Below are positions 50,262 through 62,589 of a stretch of 64,000 bases of DNA, in pieces. How positions within the stretch are numbered: position 1 is the stretch's first letter; each line of letters begins with the position of its first letter. The DNA comes from Dicyema japonicum. Lineage: Eukaryota > Animalia > Dicyemida. The translations under genes were made by a program, and so were the position numbers. The DNA is taken from assembly GCA_011109175.1 (NCBI GenBank), contig RDEW01000003.1:1179459-1243458 (forward strand), in the 5' to 3' direction. The notes below the pieces were generated by a model. The model was not told the origin of the DNA, ran no database searches, and worked only from the letters and a program-made list of their open reading frames with translations.

Positions 50262-50776
50262 TTAATAATGGTTATTAAATTGATTTGTGTAGTTCATATA
50301 TGGATGAGAGTAGTAGTCCATCATTGTATAACAAGACGGAGGTTGAGGTTGATTTTGGGGAGGGAGGACTTGTTTTTGCTTAATCAGTTGAGGAAGATAT
50401 CTCCTCCTAGCATTGATAAACCTACAATTTGTCACAAATAGAAAACCAGTTGTTGACCTGAAGTAATGACAGTCCGGTTTCCACCGATAGTTGTCTCTTC
50501 TGGTTCTCCGTAGGGTAGGCATGCTAATTTTATAAGAATGATCACTGCAATGTGGTGATATAGCCATTCACGGAGTTTATTTACCGCCTCTTTCGGGAAC
50601 ATTCCTCGTTTCTTCGTTTTCAATGATTTGTTTTCAGGGGTAATATCTAAAACTGAAAATCCAAAAAACCTACACTTTCTGTTGTAATCCAGCTGTGGAC
50701 AATAATTCATGTAATCGTTGAGTTGGCCGTATTCCGTGAAGTACTCTCTATTCAGCTCATTAAATTTGTCGTTCAT
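50262..50776 (-). CDS. Short TALE-class homeobox protein (MEIS/PKNOX/TGIF-like homeodomain, no MEINOX domain seen)
   Basis: Spliced HD: [63 protein letters not shown]; 22- and 25-nt introns inside the homeobox. Confidence 0.9.
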
Positions 50777-53149
50777 TCAAAAATGCCGTTCTGTTGCCTA
50801 TTAGCTCACAGCAGTTCAAATTGTGACATTTTAGCGAAACTACTTTTGAATAATCTTGTAATTTACGTTAGTGATAAGTAGTGACAGTGATGGCTGTCAT
50901 GCTAATGGAATATACACAAATATTGACCTAAATATTAAGTTTTCAATATTTCATGCGGTTCGCTAATTGAAAAGTCCATGTTAAATACAAAGCATAACGG
51001 TTTAAGTGACCATATGCAATCCGAACCTGACCATGGGGAACCCCCGCATTCTGGGGGACTTTATAATTTACTAAAATTGATTTTCACGAATAAAAATTTT
51101 TTTTAATTCTTAATTAACAATAATTTTTTAAGACTTCCAATTCACATCTAAAAACCTCTACGAAAGTTTTCAGTGTCTCGGAAGGGAACAACCATCTTCG
51201 AAATCCTTTTTATAAAAACGGCTGAATGGTCATCTCCCACATGTAACTCTCCGTGACGAGAGCATAGAGAGTAAGTGAGATCTCAGTAACGACACTAAGT
51301 TTAGGCTTGGATCGCCTGATGTCAGTATCTAGTGTCGCCTATTAAATTTTTCCCCCAAAAAAAATTTTCGCCCTTGTAAAACAGCCCTGCCACCAAGGAG
51401 TAGAGTAATTTTTCCATTAGTAAACCCCAGCTTAGGTAAAACGAACAATTTATTTAAAAAGTAAAAACAGTCATGTTAATTAATCCAAGGCATAAAAAAT
51501 CCTCTTGACTTCTCGTTTTTTCTTTTTGGCTGTGTATGTCTCATAATTCAGAAAATCGTAATTTGATAATATCAGACGCCCAGAGTAAGAAATTGATTCG
51601 TTTTGAATTGAATGTTAAGTACTTTGTCATTTTTAATTCAACGAGTTTTTGTAATTACTCTTCCGTGTCAAACTTTGCTTTTCTGGGGGAAATAACTAAG
51701 GAATGTTCGAGATCTTCAGACTTCTTTGCATTAAGTGGTTATTGAAGTTAATTTTAACATATTGAACCAGAAAAAAACCATCATAGCCATAATGAAAAAA
51801 TTCAGATGATCCCGACTTCCCTCAGCAGTCATCGCATGCTTGGACTTGAAGGAAGTGCCGTCCAGGGGAAACCTTCTTGGAGCCAAAAGGAAAGAGACGG
51901 AACAGAAGAAACAAACAAAAAAATCTTGAATCCAAGTACTGAATGGAATATTTTTTTAATAATTCGAAAATTCCCTCTCAATATGTTTTATAAAAAAGTC
52001 TACACAAGGAAGTACAACTCTCAGCAATCGAATGAGGATTACCTGTATAAATTAAAATAAAGAAAAAACCAGTATTAGCGATAAAAACCATTGCTTGTTC
52101 TAATAAGCAAGATGGCTTCATCCGTTTGTTAGAAAAATCCACATCACAATCCAAACATAAGGGTTTAAGTGGATCATTTTGATTTTGAATCAAATCATAA
52201 AATAAACAGTTCTCTTTATATTCCCTTATTTTTAACAAGTGCCACCAAAAAGTAGCACACTTTAAGTTTTTTGAATTATTTAAAATAAATTTATTTGTAA
52301 ATATATATTAATTTAAAATTACATAATTAAAAAATCGCCTCTTCCTCTCCTGACCAATAAAAATCGCTCCCTCATTGAAAAACACTGCTGTACACAGTGC
52401 CCCTAAGGCACTATTGAAAACTGTCATTGAAATTTATCCGAGAATAGTATCATAGTTTTATTTTCATACGATTATTGATAACACGTGTCTCATTTGAGGG
52501 AGAGATTTTCGGGTCTAAACTAAACCAATAAAAAGAGTTCCTGATTTTATGCTCATAAACGACCAGAGATCTTCGGGGATTGATTAGAAACATTAAGAAA
52601 TGAAAAAACTTTGATTCAGTCCTATTGAAAAAAACTCTTGGGAGTTTTGTAATAGGGGATGAAAAAGTCTTTTAGCTAGGAGGCCATGATTGCGTAAGTG
52701 TTCCCTCTGATCATCACCATTTCGAGATTCTGCCTCAACCAAAGTCTTTCGCTGGTTCGCTTTTATTGGAAGCAAGTCTTCGTCCGATACTGGAGAGAAA
52801 GGAATCCACCATCTCTCAACGACCCAGGAAGTCTCCATCACAATAGAAACGAAATTTTGATTTAAGTAAAATTTACAATTTTCGGAAAAGTGAGTATGAA
52901 AATAAAAACTGGAAAGTAAATTTAGATTTTTTACTTCGAATGAGAAAAAGTTAAAAGTATTCTGTGTTTCCTATGAACATATAAATATTAGCGTTTCGCT
53001 TATTTTATACTGTCCTTCATGATATTACGTGGAACGTAGAATGAAAAGACTGTAAGTACGATAATACAAATTACTAAAGAAGTGTCGACCACTCAACCAA
53101 CATGGATATATAAATTTTCTCAAAAATTACATCCAACTCAAAAAATTGT

Positions 53150-53300
53150 ACTTGAGCTGCATGTCTGATATATTTGCGATGGAAGGGCTATGATTGAAGT
53201 AACTCCCGATTCTTTTCGGACTTTTCGTATGCGCCGAACTTTTTTTGTGCGACTTAGATATGACACCAATTCAATCCTACTTTATGAATCCTTCAAAAAG
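53150..53300 (+). mobile_element. Possible piggyBac transposase remnant
   Basis: VRLRYDT resembles the piggyBac LRFDD motif; heavily decayed. Confidence 0.25.
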
Positions 53301-54179
53301 TAGTCATAGCCAGAATTCATATACGACTACTTCTACCTCAACAACTTGATCTTCTGATTATATAATAGGCAAAGCAAAAAAGCAATGGAAATGGAAAAAA
53401 CAAATTCAGTTTGCAGGTGGACACTTCAAGGAATGGGAGATAGCTATAATAATTATTATGTGTAAAGTACTTTATATAAGATTTACCTCAATTTTTTGGC
53501 AAGCATACTTTTTGACAATAAAATCAAAAAAGTATCCACTCTAAAAATTTTTCTGGTTGATGCTTACTAAGCTATTGACTGTAACGGACAATGAAGAGTA
53601 CAACATGCTAAAATACATCCTAGAAGCAAAGACGTGAATTCACCACCATATAAGAAACATCGATTTAAAAGTAATGCTGAAAAATATGTTTTGAAAGATC
53701 TATCTCAAGATTTCAACATAATCAAGCTTGTAGTCGTATCAACCAACACATAAAAATTGCGGACAATTTTAAGGAGATACATGAAACTAACTCTGTGAAT
53801 TGTGTCATAAAAGATTCTGCGTTATTAAAAGAAGCTTCAATTGTCAAGTAATATGTCACATGGGACAAGCGATACCTATGGGCTGCCTGTTACATTAACC
53901 TTGAACCAAGATTAACTTCAATTAATTTTATAAATGATTTATTAACCACAAAAAATTAAATTTAATTAACTTTTTAGTCTACTCATTAATACAGTCGATA
54001 TTTCAAAAGACCTTTTCAAAATCGAAAAAATGTAACAAGCTGCCCATGTGACATAATAAGACACTGCGATGTAGGCTAGGTTGCAGTGCTACTGAAACAA
54101 TATGACGATGTGAGTTATTATGTAGGTTTGAAAATTCATTATTATTAATAGCAATGTCCGCGGCACCAGAAAAGTTAAA

Positions 54180-54420
54180 TAACTTGAGATTCCACTTTGA
54201 CACGCTCTGTACGTCGTTTCTATCCTCCTCTGTTTTTCGCAACAACTCTCAGATCATCCAAATCCTCTCCTGTTTTCAGCTTTTTTTCTATGCAAGTGAG
54301 TTGTCTAGTGAGACGACAACATTGTTCATTGTCGACCTCGATACGTTGTTTTGTTTAATATAGAGAAGTAAGATTTTATAGCCTGATTGGGGGTGCCATT
54401 TGAATCGACTTGGGATCAGA
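54180..54420 (-). mobile_element. RTE-like 3' fragment
   Basis: KKLKTGEDLDDLRVVAKNR resembles RRLKDGEDLDSLR at 62850-63000. Confidence 0.55.
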
Positions 54421-54668
54421 TTTCCACACGTTTGGAAGATCTTAGTGAACAGCGCTGACATTCAAGCGAATTTATATCTTTAAAATCAGTAGTTTTTTTT
54501 TTTTACCCCCAGGATCACTGGGTCAAAGAGAAAGAAATAAAAGTTCTCATCTAACTAAGTGATCCCAGAACGACAAAGGTGAGGACGAGTAGTTAATAAG
54601 GATTATCATTAACTTTAGTTAAATAAAATTATTTTATTTATTTATTTATTTAAATTAGTAAAATAAAT

Positions 54669-56007
54669 TTATAAATTTGAATTTGCACCACTTGGTTCGT
54701 CCTTTTGCACAGCCCACTCTTGAATAGTCCCTTTGGCAAAGATTGTGAATATGATGAATCCAACAAATTGAAAGCAGATAATGATTGCAAAGACAATTTG
54801 CCATTGATACGGTTTATGCTGAAAATTATATCCCAATTACCTGATCTGTTATTATCGAGTAAGCAATTTGTATGCAGGCGATTGAACCGAACGTGGCGAA
54901 TGTATTGACGATTCCAAATAGGATTCCTGAATATTGAGGAGCGATGTCTCCAATGTTTGGCAAACTTATGGAAATTTCAGANNNNNNNNNNNNNNNNNNN
55001 NNNNNNNNNNNNNNNNNNNNNNNNNNNNNNNNNNNNNNNNNNNNNNNNNNNNNNNNNNNNNNNNNNNNNNNNNNNNNNNNNNNNNNNNNNNNNNNNNNNN
55101 NNNNNNNNNNNNNNNNNNNNNNNNNNNNNNNNNNNNNNNNNNNNNNNNNNNNNNNNNNNNNNNNNNNNNNNNNNNNNNNNNNNNNNNNNNNNNNNNNNNN
55201 NNNNNNNNNNNNNNNNNNNNNNNNNNNNNNNNNNNNNNNNNNNNNNNNNNNNNNNNNNNNNNNNNNNNNNNNNNNNNNNNNNNNNNNNNNNNNNNNNNNN
55301 NNNNNNNNNNNNNNNNNNNNNNNNNNNNNNNNNNNNNNNNNNNNNNNNNNNNNNNNNNNNNNNNNNNNNNNNNNNNNNNNNNNNNNNNNNNNNNNNNNNN
55401 NNNNNNNNNNNNNNNNNNNNNNNNNNNNNNNNNNNNNNNNNNNNNNNNNNNNNNNNNNNNNNNNNNNNNNNNNNNNNNNNNNNNNNNNNNNNNNNNNNNN
55501 NNNNNNNNNNNNNNNNNNNNNNNNNNNNNNNNNNNNNNNNNNNNNNNNNNNNNNNNNNNNNNNNNNNNNNNNNNNNNNNNNNNNNNNNNNNNNNNNNNNN
55601 NNNNNNNNNNNNNNNNNNNNNNNNNNNNNNNNNNNNNNNNNNNNNNNNNNNNNNNNNNNNNNNNNNNNNNNNNNNNNNNNNNNNNNNNNNNNNNNNNNNN
55701 NNNNNNNNNNNNNNNNNNNNNNATGAGAGCAGTTGACTTTTCCAACTGCGACCAAGTAAATTTCTAATTTTTTATTTGGAAGATATACATTTTTATCTGG
55801 GCCATTAATGCTCACAACTTCAGGGACGACGACATTAAAGTTAGTCCTCTGCATGTAGAGTACCCCCCAGCTTGTAAATACGTGTATCGCAATAATTATC
55901 CGCCCGACTATGGAAACTCCATCAAAAGTCGTTATTCTCTTCAAAATTGACACTTTTTTATAAAAATTAAATACACCTCTTTTATCCCCTTCTGATTCTT
56001 TAGACAT
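54669..56007 (-). CDS. SLC17/sialin-like MFS anion transporter, copy 2 (middle in gap)
   Basis: 5' exon nearly identical to copy 1; 3' exons DIAPQYSGILFGIVNT..WQIVF..FAKGTIQEWA are the typical SLC17 C-terminus. Confidence 0.85.
54982..55722. other. Assembly gap (N run)
   Basis: Run of N. Confidence 1.
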
Positions 56008-59000
56008 TGTAGTTTTAACTTTACGTTATATTTATATTATTAATTGTTTTAATGTTCAGGAAATAAAAATTAATGTCAAATGTTATTAAAAAATGATAAA
56101 AGTTAGGAAGCGTCAATGGCCGTGCTGTGTCCTCCCACGATAGCTATACGCTCTCGAAACCATCCAGTCTCGCGTGGATCCTTAATGACCCTTTGGATCA
56201 TTGAGCCGATCCTACGGACTAGATCATCATTAATAAGAATTAATCAACGTTAAATAATTAAAAAAAATTAATTCATAAATTCTTCGAATTTGTCGCAAGT
56301 CCCAAAAAACAATTAATGCATTTTTAAAAAATGAATTAATGGCCACGTGGCGCCTTACAGTGCTATGCGGCAAATTGACTAAAAATATCTTTTTTCCCTG
56401 TGATGGCGCCATTGGATCCACCATACTAAAGAGACGCCAATGCCTGGCCAGCATTCAAAGGGACCCATCACTTCTTCAAAGGATCTAATACAGTCCGCCC
56501 ACCAATTGGGGCAGACCCAAGATGTAAAGCAAGATCAAATATTGAGTGAATAAAATAAAATCGAATAAAAATCATGAAGAATTTAGGGCATCATAAATCA
56601 CAAGGCATCAAATTATAAAAAACGATTAATCCCCTCGCTGTGGAGACTGTGCCACATTACGACCGTTTTTGTTTAGCCTAAAAAACGTCACTGCATTTTA
56701 TTTTTCTTTTAATAGCTTTAAACCTTAGAAACCGAACCAGTTTTTTATCTCTTTAATTTTAATTTAATTCAATGTATACATTTAGTCTCCTCCCTGAGGT
56801 CATACGTAGGACATTAGTACCTCATCAGGATTTTTCAGATATGTAGACCGGCAATTGGCCATCAGCTCGTTAAACAGCACAGAACTCAAAATAGATCCTT
56901 ACTGGAATCATTTCCTAATACATTAGAAAGGTCAGCTCCGTAATCTAATATTAGAGTTTGTTCATTTTGTTATATTTTTTTAAATAGAAAACAATTTGTT
57001 ATCAAAAAAGATATAAATAATCTGAGGGGTCCTACAGCTCTCGACGTTTCTATAGTCACGGGTGTGATTCGGTATTGGTCTTCAATAGCCGAATACTTCT
57101 GGATTTTGGCCAATTCTGCAGCGTTGGCCACAGATCCAGGTTTCTGATTAGAAGTGGAGAAGGTGTCCACACAGATTACATCCCAGACCAATGATTTTCC
57201 GTGTGAATATGGAAAAAGCGTCAATCCGTCTGACTTCTTGCCATCTCCACGATCCAGTCCAACAGGTTTCTGTTGAGTTGGGAAGCCTGCTGCCTAAAGG
57301 GTTCGCAGAATAACATTATTCCATGCGGTGTGACTAGGTGAGCGACCTGCACTCCTTTTGTAAGACAATGGATGTAATCCTTTGAGGTCAGCTGTCCCTC
57401 CACAACGGCATCTGTGTGTTCTGACAGACGTCATGTCCTAATCGTTCTGCTATTCCGATTCTCACACAGCCGTCGTCCATAAGAGTTCCGAAAGAAACGC
57501 ACCACTCCCATGTTGTAAACTAGATAGCAAACAGGAAAGTTGGTTCGACTCTTGTTTCAGGCTATCAACGATAGCATTGCAGAAAGCTGCGCCCCATTTG
57601 TTCTGATTCAAGACATCATCTGGGATTGGAAATCCTGCATCCCTCCACTGCAAGCGAGCTTCGTCAAATACTGTTTCCAAGGAAAGTCCAGTAGGTGATT
57701 TCCCGGATTGTGTCCAAGGAAATCCGATCTTAGGCCAACTTCTCCGAGACTTGAAGAAAGTTTGGATTTCGTCAAAACGTAAATTCATTAGTGACTCGAC
57801 TGGTTGTCTTAATGTCTGATCCAGACTCAGTAGCAAATCTCGATGTCTATAGCACGGGGAACTCAGCAGAGCGTATTGCTATTTCGACAAACATAAGATT
57901 CTCCTTATAAAGAAAAAAGATGTGTGGGAGTCCAGAATAGCAAGTCTTTTCGTAAAGAGAGAAAGCTCTTCCACTGAAAGGTGTTTCCTTAATTCTACAT
58001 TTTCGAGTAGGCATCAAGAAAATAGCATGTTTTTAAATAATAAAATATTATCATTTTGCTATATATTTTGTTCTTTAAAATTAAAAAAAATAATAAAATA
58101 AAAGTACTTGAATCTTGTTTTTATCCTCAACTTTTTTAAATTCCACACGAAAGGTCCCAGGTTCCTTACACATGAGGAAAAAGAATCGAGTGATATAGGT
58201 CATTTCTTATGCAATACTTTTCTTCCCAAGTTGCAAGCTGGCATATTGATCTATAGCAGGATTTCTCAAACCGGATCACATAAATTTTAAATTTAAAAAT
58301 CAATAAAAATATATTTATAAAAATTTTATAAATATATTCATAATAAATTTACCGTGCACGGACACTTTCTCTAATGGAAATTTTCCCATGTCATCGTTGA
58401 GCGCGGGTTCCGCAGAAAGCACTGCTGAAAATTTGAAAAGGAGGAAGTATTCGCGTTATTGGAGTCTATGGTCCAAAGAATCAACTCGATATATCGGAAA
58501 ACAATCAGTATGCTTTGCCCACGTAATGGATCAACAGTCGACTCACTACTCATGGAAGCTAAGATCCGTAGTCGTGGCTCCGGATTTCTTCGCGTCTGTG
58601 AGAAAGATGGAAATCCGCTTCGCCTGATCCTTTTCATGGCAAGAAAAAACAAATCGGATAAGAAATTCCCCTCCCTGATCGGATTCCTCTGCAAGACCGA
58701 GAGAAGGCTCTTCCGGAAAGTAGTGGGGACGATGGAAGATCACAGACGTCGAATGGCACAATTGATTGCGAGGACTGGGATCACCTAACTGTTTGACTCT
58801 TTTGTCTTTTTCTCTCGGTGTTCCCGGGGTTATTAAATAAATAAATAAAAGGAGGAAGTACCGCGGCATTGTGGACTGGTTCGTTTTCCAACTGATCTCC
58901 GTTGAGAAGTCTAGCGTTGTTGATCCATGCGCATATGAGTTTATCAGGTTAATAGGACTGCATGGGGAGAAGCGGAGGGGTGAACCTAGAATGACACTGT

Positions 59001-59270
59001 GACTTTTACAGTACATTGGGATATGAGAGGTAACTACTATTTGGTGCTTAATGCTAGCAGGCCATAACGGAGACCTGTCATAACGACTAATCAATTAATT
59101 ATTCGATTTTATTTTTTATTTTCTCAGTCAATGATTCTTGGTTTTAAATAAAATAATAATTATATAAATTGCAGTCAATCCCACTCCTGAACAAAGAATT
59201 GAAAATATTCTTGAGTTCTCATACTTTTTTTGCTTGAGCTACTTCGATTTTGCATAAAAATTTAGAGGTT
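55723..59270. repeat. Segmental duplication of ~43155-45960
   Basis: Colinear SLC17 5' end, upstream region, repeat remnants and CRE fragment; 59170-59270 matches 45795-45960 after a ~1.3-kb insertion. Confidence 0.85.
58380..58850 (+). mobile_element. 3' fragment of the 2A-LINE (GIT*) family
   Basis: ERRLFRKVVGTMEDHRRRMAQLIARTGIT* followed by a (TAAA)n tail. Confidence 0.7.
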
Positions 59271-59559
59271 CTCTCTGAATGATACCATATCTCGGAGAAT
59301 TCATATCATGGTGGTGAAATCTTGTCCAAGACAGTGAAGAGTATAGAAGAGCGTCCGTGGCCAATAAGTTTCCAGAAATAATGTGGTTCAATGTGTACTA
59401 GCGAGCTCCTTCCATGCTTTTTTATCGGCCAGGATTTACCAGAGGAAATGGAAAAGTTCTTGATCAAATTATACAAATGTTTCCTTTTCTCGAATTTTTC
59501 TTCGTAAATGATTCTCAAAAATATCAATTTTATAAATAACCGATCACCACCTTGAAAAT

Positions 59560-59900
59560 TTAAGTAAAAAGCTCAAAACTTATTTTCGAACTCCTTGATG
59601 ACCTCAAAATTCTGGAGTCCTTGATTGAACTTAATTGCTCAAAGCAGGCACTTATTATTTAAAAACAAACCATTGATGGAATTTTGGTGCAATTTGGGAG
59701 TAACTTTCCAAACTTACCTGCATCACTGGAATAATACCACTCAGACAACCTATTTATGAGAAGGTGAGATGTTTATACGCATATTTGAAAACCAAGTGTA
59801 GGAATCGCCTTTAAGTTAAAGATGACATGCGTGTAGCCTCGGTAGAACAACATCAGACATCCCACATCTTATAATTAATATACAGGACTAGAAGCACCAT
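59560..59900 (+). mobile_element. Buster-type hAT transposase C-terminal remnant
   Basis: EFW..TTYL*E..KTKCRNRL..DDMRVA. Confidence 0.65.
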
Positions 59901-60949
59901 TGATTTTTTTATTTTATTATTTATTTATTAACCCCAGATACACCGAGAAAGAAGTTAAAGTAAACAACTAATTAAGTGTATCCAGTTTCCTCAGAAACAG
60001 AGTTCATCCGTAATCAGTATAAAGGGTAAAAGACGTCCATATTTGCAGTTGTGGAAACCCCTCCAATGGAGTGGGGAGAGCAAATAATTTTTTTTGTGCT
60101 GACCTGGCACTGGGCGGCACCTAAACAGGTGAATCACATGACGCCACTCTAATAGGAAGAGAGAGGAGGAACAGACGATCAAACAGAAACTTGAACCAAC
60201 TAGCCACTAAGCACCACATGGCGCCACGCGATTTTTTTTATTTTAAAAATAAAACTTTAAATTAATTATTAAAATAAATGAACAGCCAGCTCAGGCTCAT
60301 ACAGCGGCCGGTCTGATTGCGTGGCTAATCCTACTTAGGATTGTCCGATGAGAAGAGCTGTACAGGATTCTCGGCCCTTCTGGAATCGTCTTCTCCCTTG
60401 TCGGTCTAGGATCACTTAGTTAGATAAGAGCGATATTTCTTTCTTTTTGACCTAGTGGTCCTGGTGGTAATAATAATAGGATCGCGAGCGAGATTCGCTC
60501 ATTAACCAGCATCGCTCACAGGGATCTCCTTTTCGTGTAGAAATTCGATTTCCTAGACGACTCAGGAATTCCTGCTTTAACTTAATTATAATAGCAGTAT
60601 AGAGCATTCAGATAATGATGAGGCATGGAGTATGGGTGCCTATTGAGAAAATTAACAATTTGTAGTTTATAATGACACTCCAAAACTTAGTTAAAAATAC
60701 TCCCCAAAAAGTTGAGGAGCGCTGATCTAGAGGTTCGCACTAATGGCTAGATTAGTCAAATTTAAGTTCTTGATAACTCTCGCTGAACCGCATCATTTAT
60801 AGCAATTTGTTTTTTTCAAACACCGTAACACAAACATCATTTAATCGCTAGCGGCAGTTTGCTAGGAGCTTAAGACTGAGCGAGGATCTAGACAAGGGGG
60901 TAAGAGAGGCTTCTTAGTTAAATTTGTAGGAAGTAATGGGTTGGATCAA

Positions 60950-61560
60950 TAGTTTCAAGAGGAGATCAAAGGTCCAGGACTCGTATGTAAAACTCTGAGG
61001 GTCGATTGAAGGAGAGAGAGTGTCCAAACCGAATATAATCAGTTGCCTGATAAAATTTTTGTTTGTTCAAGATGAGTTGTAGTAGAATGATTGAATAATA
61101 GTGAAATGAGCCAAACCGAAAACCTCCACCAATCCTATGCAGGGTCCTTATTTGTGCTGGAAAGAGTCCTCTGTAAGCTTATTGGGATATTATCTCATTG
61201 GATACTCAAGGTCATCTCGATGTGTCAAGTATGTCATCTACAAATATCTCAGATCCTGTACTTGGTGACTTCGGAGAAGAAAAACAAGCTATAAACATGA
61301 TGAACTGCAAAAAGCTAAGAATTGACCCTTGTGGGACTCGCATTTGAAGCTGTCATCTCTTTAGATATTCCTTTATTTATCTACCAACTCTCTCGGGGTT
61401 CCAGTCTTAGATAGTTAGTGACTGACGATTTTGCGACTTACACTATCTGGGACAAATTGAGAACTGACTCTGAATCCAAGAATGCGAATGTACTAGGCCT
61501 CAATTTGTAATTAAAAGTCTCTCTGCTATGACCACGACAGGAGGAGCAATGCCTAAATTC
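60950..61560 (-). mobile_element. Decayed LINE RT fragment
   Basis: VPQGSILS (GAGTCCCACAAGGGTCAATT) and FVDDI motifs on minus. Confidence 0.6.
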
Positions 61561-62589
61561 ACCTGTGATCTATTTTCTCTCATCTTTGGACCATGTTCAA
61601 TCTGATCCTAAAATAGACAGACTCCAAGGGTGTGTCACCTTCGGATTTTGGGGTAGTTTTTTACAATCCAACATTTTGGTTGAATAAAATTATTATATTT
61701 AGCCAAAAATTACCATGTAATTAAAAAAATTCTGCTGGTAGGTCATCAGGCGATCCTAGCCTCTCTCAGATGTTAACTTGTTGGTGGCTTTCAAAGCACA
61801 TTTGTCTTTGCTCGTAAAAAAAATATCGTATGCATATGCTATTAAAAATCATTGAAATTTTGGGGCGTATATTTATTTAAAATAATAAACTATATTTTAT
61901 TAATAATTTCTAAATTTAATTTAGCACATTTTATAATATGTCTTGTTGCGAATCGTTGTTGTTTACGTAACAAAACTGAAAATTTCTAAATTGAAAAATG
62001 GTAATCTTCCCCATTGGAGTTGTCCAGGAACAAATGAAGTGATGTATGCGACAGTAGTACGTCGATGAAAATGGAAGAGGAGAGACCTACTTATCCCCTC
62101 TCTTCGGAAGCGGAAGCCTGTAATGGACTATTGGAGGATGAATTTGATCGGCACAAGTGGACGTTCCTTCCTTGGTTTAACTTGTTGTCACTGTTTGTGC
62201 TAGGCTTACCAAAGTTAGTAGACACTCGTCAACCTCAAAGCATAGTAGATGTGTGGAACCTTCAACCGAATGGATAGCAACAACAATACTTATGACAGTT
62301 AAACACGTGAATAATAAAGACCACCAAAGAATATTATTCAAATTCTTTCGTCGAATTTTTATGATGAAACCATTTTAAGAATGAATCTAAGGCGGGATAA
62401 AATGCTGGTTTCGAAAAGCTGGCAAGAAGTCGATGGAATTTTATTTCAAATTGTCCGAGACAAATTAAAGAGTCGTGATTCTCTGTCAAGTGAAGATAAT
62501 TTCCTAACAATGTTGTGAACGAAACATTGAATTTTGAAAGCGACGAATTTATTTATATCTACAACGGGGAAAGGCAAGACTCCGCCAGT

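Noticed and set aside
41642-55767. Long ORFs rich in X
   Set aside because: They are produced by translating through the N gaps.
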